DNA of 64,000 nucleotides from the human T2T-CHM13v2.0 reference genome, Homo sapiens (GCF_009914755.1 NC_060927.1), one strand, 5' to 3'; numbered from the stretch's first letter, positions 1 to 14,419 are shown. The notes: generated from the sequence alone by a model not told the origin. Program-made: numbers and translations.

Positions 1-166
1 GCCAGCATTGTGTCACTTGTTCCTACCTACTCCAATCATTCAGCAGGAAACTGGAATAACCAATGTGATCAAGATTCACCCAGGACTAGGCAGATAACCT
101 AGACTTCCCTGGAATAGGATTAACCTGTTGAGGCGCTGTTTTAAAAAAAGGGAAAATGTAGTCAAT

Positions 167-195
167 GTTTTGTTGTTGTTGCTGTTGTTGTTGTT
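167..195 (+). repeat. Imperfect (TTG)n microsatellite
   Basis: ttgttgttgttgctgttgttgttgtt seen directly. Confidence 0.85.
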
Positions 196-329
196 TTTAT
201 TGTTGCTATTAGGGAAAAAAGTGAATATAGCAAATTTAAATCAAGATATCATTTTGGGAAATTTTTTAAGGGGAAGCTTCTAGGTGCTATTTAACTTTTT
301 CAACTACAACTAAGTAGTTAGATTTTGTA

Positions 330-623
330 GGCCAGGCGCGGTGGCTCTCGCCTGTAATCCCAGCACTTTGGGAGGCTGAGGCGGGTGGATTACCTGAGGT
401 CAAGAGTTCAAGACCAGCTGGCTAACATGGAGAAACCCCGTTTCTACTAAAAATACAAAAAAATAGCTGGGTGTGGTGGCTCACACCTGTAATCCCAGCT
501 ACTCAGGAGGCTGAGGCAGGAGAATCACTTGAACCCGGAGTGGAGGTTGCAGTGAACCGAGATCACGCCATTGCACCCCAGCTTGGGCAACAAGAGTGAA
601 ACTCCATCTCAAAAAAAAAAAAA
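330..623 (+). mobile_element. AluSq/Sp
   Basis: Full dimer, diagnostic GGGCAACAAGAG, A13 tail, TSD TTAGATTTTGT. Confidence 0.95.
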
Positions 624-2322
624 TTAGATTTTGTGTCTCAGCGTGATTCCATGCCAATCTGCAAACTATTTGTGATGAGTACAAAATGAGATAAGTATGC
701 TTATCTCACATAAGTGTAGATATATTGAAAAAAATTAGAAAACTTTTATAACAATTAGATAGTCTAATTTTATATTTGTTAAATCTAATAAAACTTTGGA
801 GCTTATATTTTTTATGTCTCGGTTTTTTACTTTTAGTAATTGATTTTTACTGTAGTCCACAAAATTATCAGTCTGTAATGGACTGGAAATTGGAACAACA
901 ACAAAACAGTCATTCACTAGAGATAGATCACCCTATCCAACTTCTCTAATTTTTGTGTAAATTATATACTTTTAGAACAGCTTAAAGCTCAGCAGCTTTT
1001 CCCCCCAAACTGATTGGACCGTAAGCCTTTGACAGCTAAAGATACAGTCTGAACATTGTAAACTATACCTGGATGCAGAAATTATATTAAAAAATAAAAC
1101 TGACTAGGATAAATTAATGAGCCCTCAGTCAGAGGTCCATTTCCCTGTGGACTACTCAGTGCCAGAAGAGGCTAAACCCTTAACTTTGGCCAGCCCCTGG
1201 GCACAACATCAAGTAAAAAGGAATTCGAAAGTTCTATATGACTTTGGCCAGGCCAGCATTATTAGAAAAACATGGTAGGTCCTGTCCTAATAAAAGATGA
1301 GAAAAGTCCTAAGGATGAGCAAAATAAAATGCCATGTAGATAAGGATCCATATCTGTAGATAAGGAATCGATTCAAAGTTCATATTATTTTTTCCTCGAA
1401 GTGGGAAAATATTACCTACATTCAATTAGCACTTTTGCCCTTTTGCTATGGAAAATGCGTTTTGTGAGTAGTCCCTTATCATTTTTATTTCCTCAGACAG
1501 CAAATTAATTCTTATACTTCTCTACAGAGGACAGGACAAACTTGTAGTTAATATTGAAGATTAGGAAATGACCTTAGCCACAATTATCATACATCAATAA
1601 CACTTTCCCAAAACCCAAGAAAGAACCTCTCACCTACTTTAGTATGTTTACTCAGTGGATTTAAAGTAACCTTTCAAATCACCAACTGCAAAGACAACAT
1701 TCCACCTCAAAATGTATTCAAAGTGGGCTCTTGAATTGCGCTTTTATGGAATTAACCTACCATCTTCTTATGAAAAAGTCACCTGACATCCCTGGGTGCA
1801 CTAGCCAGTGCACAAAGGAAGCAAGGGGTTCAACAGTTAGGAAGACAGTTTGCACACGATCTGCACATGTTTACCGTCAAATCAAAGCTTGATGATAAAC
1901 ATCACTCAGCTTTGGCACATCTACTGATGGCATTTGTTGGTGGATTATGCTTTCTTCCCCTTATTTATTTCACAATGGTTATCATGGCACAGCTTTCCAA
2001 ATGATGTTTTTAAGTGTTCAGTTGTAAGAATGCAAGTTCAAGTATGCTTTCTTCCTCACTACAAGAGAATATGATTTCAAATATTCAACAAATTGGTTTA
2101 CCTAATGGTCTCTTTGGAGGGGTCTCCCACTATTCTACTACCCACTATCACCCCAATAAATACTCTAGTGATATAACCCCTTCAACAGTTATCATCATTG
2201 AACTTTAAAAACATAACACCATATACCTTTAACCATGTACATGTTCCCCACCAGTTTCCACAAAGAGCTAAATTTAAGCCTGCTATAAGAGAGAATCGAA
2301 ATTTGGTTTGCTTTCTTTTAGA

Positions 2323-2487
2323 CTCTGCTACATAGACTTTAAACATGCAGAAGAGCTGACTTTGCCAACAAAGCTCATCCTTCTTTTTTCCAAAGCAGCC
2401 AGCTGTGACTTCATTTTGGATTTAGGCTATGATTTTTCTGATTTTTCTCTTTGCATGTGAATGTTTATTTGTGAAGTCTTGAACTTC
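2323..2487 (+). repeat. 165-bp segment, donor copy of a perfect direct repeat (second copy 6498-6662)
   Basis: Read base by base, identical to 6498-6662. Confidence 0.95.
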
Positions 2488-3041
2488 AAGCTACTTCCAA
2501 CTCTAGAAATGATTTGGGCAAGCTGCCATGTTTATAATCTTAGAGCCTCCAGCTTCCCAGATAATACAAACTCTCTTGTTATTTAATTAATGTCAAACTC
2601 ATAATGTCATGCAACATTGCTGTTAGATTTCTATTTTTCTAACATGTCTATTCTCCTAGTTACTCCTAACTAGAATGAGTAAACCTTCTGAATAAATCAG
2701 AGACATCTTTACAGGCAAATGATTAAAGGGTTTGACTGCCTGCCATAATATTGGAACAAGATCTGGGGGAAAATATTAATGAATAAAGGATTATAACCCT
2801 GGACAAGCAAGCAAATGTAGCTTAAATATATAACAGTTTCCCCCAAAAAGTAAACTGGACTTTATACTATATATAATTATATTATATTCCATGCATCTCT
2901 ATATTACAGCACCTTAAACAGTGTAGATAACTAGTAAATATCGGTTAAATAAATGAGTAAATGAAAAAAATTGACAAGATATACCACCTTGTTGGAAAGA
3001 TAGGTTCTTGGCTGCCTTAAGCTTCCCATAAATAAACCAGG

Positions 3042-3341
3042 GGCCAGGGGTGGTGCTCACACCGGTAATGTCAGCACTTTGGGAGGCCAACGCGGGAAGA
3101 TCACTTGAGCCCAGGAGTTCGAGACCAGCCTGGGAAAAATGGTGAAACCTTGTCTCCACAAAAAATAAAAAATACTTAGCCTGGAGTGGTGGTGCAAGCC
3201 TATGGTCCCAGCTGCAGAGGAGGCTTAGGCAGGAGGATCACTTGAGCCCAGGAGGTTAAGGCTGCAGTGGGGCACGTTCATGTAACTGCATTCCAGGCTG
3301 GGCTACAGAGCAAAACCCTGTCTCAAAAAATAAATAAATAA
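3042..3341 (+). mobile_element. AluJ
   Basis: Diverged dimer with CACTTGAGCCCAGGAG in both arms; TAAA-type tail. Confidence 0.92.
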
Positions 3342-3599
3342 GCAATGTATATGGCAATCACAGTCCTCGGTACCAAAGACCAAACTCCAAGCCTATATGA
3401 AGACATCTGATGTTATAGTCATTGGAAAATGAAAAGGGAAGGAGTGGGCTAAGGGGAGCAACAAAAGGTTGACTGTGTTTTCTTCTGGCAGTCTGCTTTC
3501 ACAGCCAGTACTATGCCTGTGGCCATCTCCCAGGCTCAGGAGAGCCTATCTTACTCTAGCCCATCAGATTCACTTTCCCGGGAACTGGAAATAGAACCT

Positions 3600-3968
3600 T
3601 GATATGGTTTGCATTTGTGTCCCTGACTAAATCTCATGTCAAATTATAATCCCTAGTGTTGGAGGAGGGGCCTGGTGGGAGGTGACTGAGTCATGGGGGT
3701 GGATATCCCCCCCTGCTGTTCTCAGGATAGTGAGTGAGTTCTCACGAGATCTGGTTGTTTAAATATGTGTGGTACCTCCAGCTTCTCTTTCTTCCTCCTG
3801 CTCCAGCCATGTAAGACATGCTTCCTTCTTCTTTGCCTTCTGTCGTGATTGTAAGCTTTCTGAGGCCTCCTCAGCCATGCTTTCTGTACAGCCTGCAGAA
3901 CTGTGAGTCTTTATAAATTACCCATTCTCAGGTACTCCTTTATAGCAATGTGAGAACGGACTTATACA
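3600..3968 (+). mobile_element. MSTA-like MaLR solo LTR, probably nested in an older MLT1 relic
   Basis: TGATATGGTTTG...TATACA termini; perfect 5-bp TSD AACCT (3595-3599 and 3969-3973). Confidence 0.9.
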
Positions 3969-5328
3969 AACCTCTATCTCTGCTGATCACTTGTGGGAAA
4001 GACATCTAAACAAGTGAGCTACAGGGTGGCCATTTCCAAACATGCCAAAGCAGAGACAGTCCACAGAGAAAGAGAATGAGGCAGATGGCAGGGAGAGCCA
4101 CGGAGGTCAGAGCTGGGCAGGAAGGCCTGCCTGTGCTCCCAGTTCACCTCTTGTGAACCCTGGTCATCCTTGAATTCCTTGAGATGACTCAATATCCAAG
4201 ATGTCTGGGTGATAAAATGGCAGGGTGGAAGAAAAACTAAAATGAGAGTGAGTGAATGTAATAATTGTTCAGACTTCCTTTGAGGGCTCTGTGAGCCACT
4301 GAACGTTTTAAGCAGAGTGACCCACGATGGGATACTCATCTTTACAATCAGCACCCTGGCTGAAAGTAGAGAATGGGTTAGAATGGAGGAAGATTGCAAT
4401 TAGGAGGCTTTTGTGGTCCTTTAACAGCCTATTGTCCCAGGGAAGTATCTGTTGCTCATGTGTAATGCTGCCTACTAGCATAATTTAAATACATAGGCTA
4501 TTTCTCTTCAAAAGGGCATATTTTATGTAACATCTCTAACCATTACATGAAAACTCATTCTTTGTCACCAGCATCAGTTAATTATTAGATTATTGGCCCA
4601 AAACCTCCATGATTATATAATATATATTAGGACTAGAAGTTAAGTCACCAGAGAGTTTCCAATATTTAATAGTGCCATATTTCAGAAATGCCCAGGGAGA
4701 ATATCAGTCCACTACTCCGCTAGCATGGTATCCAACATTTCTTCCTTAATGTTGTAGATCCTTTCCTAAGCCTGTCAAAGTAAATTTCAACGAACGAATT
4801 CATAACATAACATTTGTGGTAGCAGATATTTTGCTAATTTCACAAAATCTTTCTAAATCCTTTAAGGTTTGCGACTCACTACACTTCTGATTATAAATGA
4901 ATATTAAGCTAGCTAAAAAGAAGTAGAGTGCAAATTAGGTACTGAAATGGAGACTATCATGGCTCTGCAATAAGAAAGAATTTAGCTTTCTACAATTACT
5001 TGAGCCCTATAGCCTCCGTGTCACCTGGAATACATGTTTAATACTGATTTTCAACGTTAAAAAAAAAAAAAGTCACAAAAACAAACTCCTTTTAACACTG
5101 TTTCACTGGCCCTAGTATTTACAATTTTTTTAAATTAAAAATCTTGATAATTCAAGTTTTCCTATAACCTGTCTTTATAGATTTTTTTTTTAGATTTAAA
5201 TGGTCATAAGTGTTATACTACCTCATATTTCTCTCTGTATGATAAGCCCAAATATTCCTTAACTGTGTTTGATCTACTTTGTGGTCAAAATTTGGGGGAT
5301 AGGAGAGAGGTCCTCATCAAAACTCAAG

Positions 5329-5631
5329 ATCAGCAAAAGCTGAGGAATTTTATCAACACCAGACCTGTCATATAAGAAATATTAAAGGGAGTTCTTCAAT
5401 CTGCAAAAAAAGGATGTTAACAAGCAAGAAGAAATTATCTGAAAATGAGTAGAATTGGAATGTTCCTAACACAAAGAATGACAAATGTTTAAGGTGACAA
5501 ATATCCAAGTACCCTGATTTGATCATTACACATTGTATGCCTGTATCAAAATATTATATGTACCCCATAAATATGTACAACTGTTATGTATCCAAACAAA
5601 TAAAAAATTTTTAATTTTTTTTAAACTTTTT
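5329..5631 (+). mobile_element. L1MA-type fragment: end of ORF1 fused to the 3' end
   Basis: CAAAAGCTGAGG...CACCAGACCTGTC (ORF1 end) followed by L1MA 3'UTR GATCATTACACATTGTATG...; flanking AAAA(T)CTCAAG. Confidence 0.8.
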
Positions 5632-5899
5632 AAAATCTCAAGTTTAGGGCACCTGGATCCTATCAATTGAAAACTTATACTAAAACCTCAAAAAAAACCC
5701 AAAGGCTTTCCTGGCAGAGAAGTTATTAAACACTAGTCAGAAATTAATCCTGTTTAATCAGTCAAAAACCTAAATAAGACCACTAATGCTAAGATTCACC
5801 AGCTGCAGAAGGTTGGCATACTAAAAAATGGATCAAGAGTAATTGTTCCCAGTTGTAAGAAATAGTGAATGCATTAATATAATAATAAAAAAAGAATAG

Positions 5900-6120
5900 C
5901 TAAATCTGCCTAGCATTTAATAGGTACTCACAATGCAGTATTCACAGTGCTTTGCATGCTTGGAGTCATTTAATAATCTAAACAACCCTATGAGGTATGT
6001 GCTATTATTATCCCTATTTTACAACAGAAGCTACCAAGGCATAAATAAGCTAAGTAACTTCCCCACGGTCACACAGCCTGTAAGTGGTGGAGTAAGATTT
6101 CAGCATCCACATTCTGAACT
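5900..6120 (-). mobile_element. MIR
   Basis: Reverse complement of the MIR core (AACAACCCTATGAGGTA...GGTCACACAGC). Confidence 0.8.
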
Positions 6121-6274
6121 ACTTCCCAAGGCTTAGATGTTACTTTAAATTAAAAATCACTGCATTCTTTAGTATAATGAAAGTAGAAAGCAAAAACCAC
6201 TCAGGATAAATTGCAGACTCTCCCACACTGTCTCCACCATCACCTTCACTGAAAGAAGTTTAAGGGGCTCCACT

Positions 6275-6503
6275 TGTGATTGTTAATTTTATGGGTCAAC
6301 TTGACTGGGCCACAGGATGCCAAGATATCTGATTAAACATAATTTGTGGGTGTGTCTGTGAGGGTAGTTCCAAAAGAGATTAGCATTTGAATTGGTAGAT
6401 AGAGTAAAGCAGATTGCGCTCTCCAATGTGTATGGGCATCATCCAATCTGTGGAGGGCCCAAATAGAACAAAAAGGCAGAGGAAGGTTGAACTGGCTCTC
6501 TGC
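6275..6503 (+). mobile_element. MLT2 (ERVL) LTR, 5' part only
   Basis: TGTGATTGTTAATTTTATGGGTCAACTTGACTGGGCCAC start; stops abruptly at CTCTCTGC. Confidence 0.88.
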
Positions 6504-6662
6504 TACATAGACTTTAAACATGCAGAAGAGCTGACTTTGCCAACAAAGCTCATCCTTCTTTTTTCCAAAGCAGCCAGCTGTGACTTCATTTTGGATTTAG
6601 GCTATGATTTTTCTGATTTTTCTCTTTGCATGTGAATGTTTATTTGTGAAGTCTTGAACTTC
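6498..6662 (+). repeat. 165-bp templated insertion, identical to 2323-2487
   Basis: Exact copy located between a truncated MLT2 and a truncated MLT1F. Confidence 0.95.
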
Positions 6663-7408
<746 letters not shown>

Positions 7409-7569
7409 TTGTCTGTGTGTCTGCTGGCATTGGCATTAACTTTTCAGAGTGCCTTGATATCGTAACATAGTTCCCCTGAAATTCATCTTTAACTGTTCAA
7501 AATCATTCCATTAGTTATATTCCACATTTCCATTTCATTGGACCTGCCAGTGTGATGCCTCAGCATGTA

Positions 7570-7684
7570 CGCTCCATGAGAGCAGGGATCATGTCTGGTG
7601 TTGCCCATCATTGTATTTCCCAGTGTATCCAACAGTACCTGGCACATGTTCAGTAAATATTTGCTGAATAAATAAACAAATAAA
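7570..7684 (+). mobile_element. L2 3' end
   Basis: CTCCATGAGAGCAGGGA...CCTGGCACAT...TAAATATTTGCTGAAT. Confidence 0.8.
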
Positions 7685-8144
7685 CGTATGATTGGAGAAT
7701 AAAGAATGAGTGGCAACCAAGTGCTTCGGTCTACTTCATTGAGTAATTTTTCTTCTCTTCTTTCTTTCTTAGTCAATCCCATCCAACCAGTGGCAAGTTC
7801 TACTCCAGAGATCCTGCCCAGTCCCTGATTGTTATGATATGGTGAAATGCAGGCCCAGAAAAGAAAAGCAACTTGAGGTCACATCCTGAATTAATTTCTG
7901 TGGCTGGATCACACACTGGAAAAAACAGTCACTGGAATGAAGAGAGCCAATAATATCAACAGACAGGTATACATACAGAGGCAGTACCTTGTAGTGCAGA
8001 AAAGGAAAAAACATTACATGGGAAAAATGAAGGAATATGAAGGGTGGTGTTACATTCTCCAACACCCCAGAACCACAGCTCCAACCTCTTTTTGTTTGTA
8101 GTCTCTGGAGCTCAGAGCTATTTAATCTCCAATTTGAGAAATTA

Positions 8145-8504
<360 letters not shown>

Positions 8505-9065
8505 CTAATTCCAAAAAGCATGCAGTTAAAGAAACAATTTTTTGAAGGAGAAGGATAAGAATTTCCAAGAAAGGAAATTCAAATATTGATTTTATGCTGT
8601 CATGTTTATACTTATAATTACTGTCTCTGAATCTGAACAAGTGAAAAATATTAACATCCTGATATTCTCCTCTTCTGTTGATAAGAACAGGCTCCTTTTT
8701 TAGAAATCAAATCTGAGCCACTGTGGCGGCAGTGACATTCAGCCAGTAGAACTCCTGTAAATGTTCCTGTCTGAATAAAGATGGGCATCAAGGGGTTACA
8801 GCAAAATTTCTTTTTTACTTATTCTTGGTGAGATATAGCTACTTCATTTACACAGTACTTCCTAATTTTCAAAGCCCCTTCTCATACATGATCTCAACTC
8901 ACACAATCCTACGAGACAGAATAGAGAGGGAATATTGAGGTATTTCCCCAAAGCCCAAAATCCTGATGTCCAATTGCCCCTAGATATCTCCAGCCAAATA
9001 TCCCAGTACCCCCAAGATACTCTGAACTCAGTATGTCTAAAACCAAATTCTCCATGACCCTCACC

Positions 9066-9237
9066 TTTTTTGTTTTTAAAGAAATGGAGTTTTACTATGT
9101 TGCCCAGGCTACAGCACTGTGGCTATTCACAGGCACAATCACGGCACACTGCAGTCTCAAACTCCCAGTCTCAATCAATCCTCCTGCCTTAGCCTCCTAA
9201 GTAGCTGGGAATACAGGCGTGCACCACTGATCCTGGC
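9066..9237 (-). mobile_element. FAM (fossil Alu monomer)
   Basis: Monomer retaining the 7SL-derived GCCTGTGAATAGCCAC segment; flanking CCTCACCTTTTT. Confidence 0.85.
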
Positions 9238-9259
9238 ATAGCCTCACCTTTTTATAGGT

Positions 9260-10095
9260 ACCTGGGATTTGTTTTACTCCTAGTATAAGACACATAGTCA
9301 CAGAAATCACTAGTCATGAAGGAAGGAGTTATTTGTTGTTGCTTTTTGGTTTTTGTTTGGGACAGGGTCTTGCTCTGTTGCCTAGGCTAGAATGCAGTGG
9401 CACGATCACAGCTTACTGCAGCCTCAACCTCCCAGGCTCAAGCGATTGATTCTTCCACCTCAGCCTCCCAAATAGCTAGGACTACAGGCACATGCCACCA
9501 TGCCCAGCTTTTTTCTTTTTTTTCAGTAGTGACCAGGTCTCACTATGTTGTCCAGGCTTGAACTCCAGTCCTCCTGCCTCAGCCTCCCAAAGTGCTGGGA
9601 GAAGTTTTTTAAACTCACAGTTCCCTAGAAACAGGAGGGATGGCAAGACAATATGGAGAGCAGGTGGCCACACAGAGAACCACCAAGGCCAGTCAGGAGG
9701 TAAAGGGAATGGGATAAGGGCAAAATGCAGGCAAATGTTTTCATTGTTTTCCAAAGCAAAGAACTAGTGAGGCAGGTTAAGCAGACTTGGGATTGACTAG
9801 TTTGAATAATTTTAGCAGGATCTGGGGGGAAAGGTGCTATACTTAGATGTCTGGTATCTGGCCCTGGAGTGATTAGGCAGGTGGATGGTGGCCCAGGTTT
9901 GAGAGACTGATAAAGGACATGGTGAGGGTATGGGCTATAGATTTGTTGGTTTGCATGTGAAAGGTGTGTTTCTGGAGAGCTGTTTACGATCTCTAGAAAT
10001 CAGCTAACCCTGAGAGAGGCAGTTCCTCCAGGATCAACAAGGCCCCAGATGTGAAAGCATTAGGATACAAAAAAATAAAAAGAAATGGTTATACA
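9260..10095 (-). mobile_element. MER74-like ERVL LTR interrupted by an AluJ
   Basis: Minus strand begins TGTATAACCAT...ACATCTGGGGCCTTG; internal ATGCAAACCAAC and TTATTCAAACTAG motifs. Confidence 0.7.
9333..9600 (-). mobile_element. AluJ, 5'-truncated
   Basis: Antisense Alu ending at AAAGTGCTGGGA, with internal deletions. Confidence 0.88.
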
Positions 10096-10764
10096 CCCAC
10101 CTACATATGAAACCCTCTTGGCTTCAGGCTCAAGCCTGGATGACATCACCAACCACCCACTGGCCGAAGCCTCCCCTTCTCCTTCCTGAACTTCGCCCCC
10201 TCTGTCCTCACTGTTCAGTCCTTCAGCACTCACCTTAGCTGTCACCATAACTTCTGAAATGACATCCGGAACAGCGACCAGCTAGTGTCACAGTTCTGTC
10301 TCACCCCACCCTTTCTCAGCACTGCCGACCATAATGTGCAACTCCAGCCTCCTCATTCCCACACTCAAATCCTTTGCAGACTCTTGTTTTATCTTTAAAA
10401 AGTATGTGAAATTACACATTCAACTCCATAATGAGAGTTCCCTAAAGTCCTTGAGTAAAACTGCCCTTCTAGGAATAACCTTCTTTTTATCCTGATACTT
10501 CTCTAAATGACTTAGAGGGTAAAGTCACCACCATTTGGAAAACACAGGCCTAAAGCAGAGAACTGAAACTCCTTTGCCTGGTCTATGAAGCCCTCCTTGA
10601 ACCTCCTCCCTAACGAGTCAGCTTATTTCCCACACAACCTGCCTCCTGCCCCAAGCTCACGCTCTCTATACTCTGAAAAGATAAACCCATAAACATATCA
10701 TGCTGGGTTTGGATAAAATAGCTAAATAAAGCAATGAAGCACAAGGAACATTACAATACATACC

Positions 10765-10888
10765 TGTGGTTGTTTTAAAATATATTCACAAATTCTTGGA
10801 CACTCCTTTCACTGGGAGATGAAGTCCAATTCCCCACCCCATGGACACAGCTAGCCTTTGTGACTCCTATCTAACAAATAGAATGCAT
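10765..10888 (+). mobile_element. MLT1G/H-like LTR 5' fragment
   Basis: TGTGGTTGTTTTAAAATAT...CACAAATTCTT...ACACTCCT. Confidence 0.55.
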
Positions 10889-12409
10889 CAGCAGAACAAA
10901 CACTGATAGAGAACCTAGACTTGTTGCAGCTGCACAAAATTAACCACCACCTTCCTTTTTGATTTCCAACTCTCTTCTCAGAGAGTGAAACAATTTTGTA
11001 TCAATGTCGTATCATGCAGGGCCAACCCACTTGCTTTTCCTATTCAGTAAGCTGAGGATACAAAAGCATAGTTAATGAAAAATGCATGTATTCTTAACCT
11101 GAGAGTCAATAAGGAAAGTGAATGTGGTCTTCTACCATAAAAACAAGCATTTGTCCTCTTAACGTTTTAAAGAATTCCCTACACACACTTTAATATTCCC
11201 AGGATGAAAGACGCTTGACTGCCTCATTCAATAGTAATTTAATAAGAATGTTTCTGGGGACAGCACTATCAAGCAGAAGACACACTTCCTCAACCTCTTT
11301 CTCCTAAACTTGCAGAATCTGTTACACCAAAAGACACAATGAACAGGAAATTGCATTTTCTTTGCAGATCAACAAAGCAGCCAAGTTAGATCAGACAGAA
11401 AAAAGATCCACAAAGAGCATTAGGAAAAAATACAGAGTCTGAAGACCCCTGGCAAAGCAATGCCCAGATGACTTTTGATATGAAAAAGGTTTTAACTTAT
11501 GACTGGAAAATACTTAATTCTGTCCTTCACCCTCACTCTAAAACTTAACAAGACTTTTTCAAAAGTCTTTAAAAATAATAAAATTAATTTTTTTAAACTT
11601 CTGAAACAAAAAGAAATGATTGTACAATGGTAAAACAAAGTAAATATCATTCCTTTTATTCACTCAAGCAGCTGTAAGCATCAATAGAATATTCATGCAG
11701 CACTCCCTAAGAATTTCTGATCCTAATGCATAGCTAGATTCTTAAATCCTGTGCACTTTACCTGCTTTCTTCCCTTTCCCTGGTATTTACTGCCCCCACT
11801 ATATGCAGTAGAGGAATTCTGGTAGAGGTCCTGAAAGAAGCAATTTGTGTTTCAACCTGCTGTATTTATCCAAAGGCAATAAAACTGAATTTGTACAAGT
11901 TTTCCAATTGAAAACTCAGAAGACTTGAAAATTTAACTCTTGGATCAAACAGGGGAGAAAAGCATAATGTAACTGTAATATAGTCATCTTAAAATCCCCC
12001 AGCTCTAGGGGTAGCCAGACTATGCCCACAAGGTCAGAGCTCAGGAATTTAAATTCTTCACAGTCCCCAGGGAACAATAGTAGTAGTATTGGAGATTTCC
12101 TGATGTCCAGCTTCAATCCTCTTACATTCATCAAATCAGGTTGAAGACAAAGAAACAAATAAAAACAGGCAGAAGAACCATCACCACAAGATGTTAGGGC
12201 CTTGGGAAGGAAAAGCAGTCCTAAAAGGGCAACTTTACGGACAGATGGGACCATTTATAGCCTCAGTATGTTTACGAGCTTCTGGTCTTGACGTCCTCCC
12301 TGGAAAAAAGACTCTTCCCCTTTACAAAGGCCTACTCCCCTGGTGAACATGCAACTTCCATCAAGGAGAAAGGCCGGGTCACATTTAAATTTCCCTACGT
12401 GCCTCAGTT

Positions 12410-13030
12410 ATTCATATGTTCTCTCTTTCAGCAAATAAATCGTGAGCATCTACTGTGTATGAGAAGTATTTCTAGGTACTGAGAATACAATAATGAGTGT
12501 GACAGACAGAATGCCTGTCTTCATTAAGCAGGGGTGATGGACATGAAACAACAAATTAGACAACAAAGCATTTCATAATATTTGCCCTAAGTACCATGGT
12601 AAGGCACAGCAGGATATAAAGAGAAAGCAAATGACAGAGGACCTGGCACAGGCTTGGCTGTCAGAGAAGGCTTCTCAGTGGAGGTGGCTGATAATCTGAG
12701 CTCTGAGGCTGAGCAACCATCAGCCAGGGAAAAGCAGGGGCAGAGCCGGCCATAAGGCAGGACCAGCATTGCCAGAGTGCTGTGACAATGCCCAGGGAGG
12801 GGAGGCAGGGCCAACGACATAGGCCTCTTAGGCCATGTTAGCGATCTTGGTTTCCATCCTGAGAGCAACAAAAATCCACTGAAGGCTTTTAAGCAAGGAG
12901 GTAACCTGATGAGGCTGGCCTTTTCTAAAAGTAAGCCTGGCTGTGGCTTGGGGGACAGTCTGGAGGGCAAGAGGGGGGCTCAGAGGGCAATTCGAGAAAC
13001 CCAGGCACACAAGGAGTGACTGAGACCAGG
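12410..13030 (-). mobile_element. L2 fragment
   Basis: Antisense L2 3' region (CAGCAAATA...GAGCATCTACTGTG; CCACTGAAGGCTTTTAAGCA). Confidence 0.75.
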
Positions 13031-13560
13031 GCAGTACTGAGATATGTAGGCTCATAATTTGGGCCCTGCTCAACCAGTAACCATTAAATATCTCCTCAAC
13101 ATTGATTTAGACATGCCTGAAGCTGCTAGAGGAAAGTGAGGCAAGGAAGCCCTTGAGCATCAATTCCAGACTCGCCTCCACTACCCTATATAATTCTGTT
13201 TCGGCCCTAAAATAATAACCTGATCACGAAACAAACCATGCTACTCAGCAGACCTTGTTCCCTTAGAAGGAGGTCTAGGGACCATCTGACAGGCATGTAC
13301 CCTTCAGGCAGGGTGTGCACACCCCAAGTAGCACCATGCACAACCTATGCTACACCTCAGAGCAGCCCTGCCATTGCAAGGGAGGGGTCTCACTTCTCCA
13401 TCTTGTATTTCTAGTCATTTCAGTTCCCCCCCATATCACACAGCACCCTGGGACAGGCAGCTGACCCATCTTTAATCTGACTCTGATTTGGACTGTGATG
13501 ATGGTAGTGGGAATTGGGAAAAAGAGAACCATTCAAAGCCCAGTAAGAAGTAGAATTAAT

Positions 13561-13919
<359 letters not shown>

Positions 13920-14419
13920 TCACACTTCTGCAACTTCCAGTGGTCTTCCACAAACAGCCCCCCCAAACCCCCAAATAAAACAGTCATGAAACTAATAAAA
14001 ATGTGTACAGCTTTATAGCTTATGCTATTTTACTCTCATTATATCATGTGACTGTCACAACAGTCCTATGAGATGTGATAGGTATAATCCTTGTTTCAGA
14101 AGTAAAATTTCCAGCAATGACACAATTAGTACACACAGGAAAATACCCAAACGAAGAACTTCCAAATCCAAATCCATGCCCTTGCTACTAAAATGCATTA
14201 TCTGTATATGATACAATAATCTAATAGTGTCATAAACAAGCACCAGCAACTTGTATTACCCCTGAGAACATGCCAGGAGAGATCATTACTGGCAGATCTA
14301 GTAGGAATCGCTATGACCAGGCGGCCAGAGGCCTCTCAAAGAAAATGTTACTTGGGAGTCTAGAATTAGCCTCAAGTCACTGAACTGGAATAAGCCTTAA
14401 GTCACCTTTAAACCACAGA

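Noticed and set aside
1796-1813. GTGCACT-AGCC-AGTGCAC hairpin
   Set aside because: A 7-bp stem is expected by chance in 64 kb.
5329-5445. Idea that this L1 piece is the displaced continuation of the L1 ending at 54045
   Set aside because: Near-adjacent in consensus coordinates, but each piece has its own flanking direct repeat and they lie 47 kb apart in the wrong order.
6414-6635. 73-aa ORF spanning the MLT2/insertion junction
   Set aside because: Non-ATG start and a chance product of the junction; no coding evidence.
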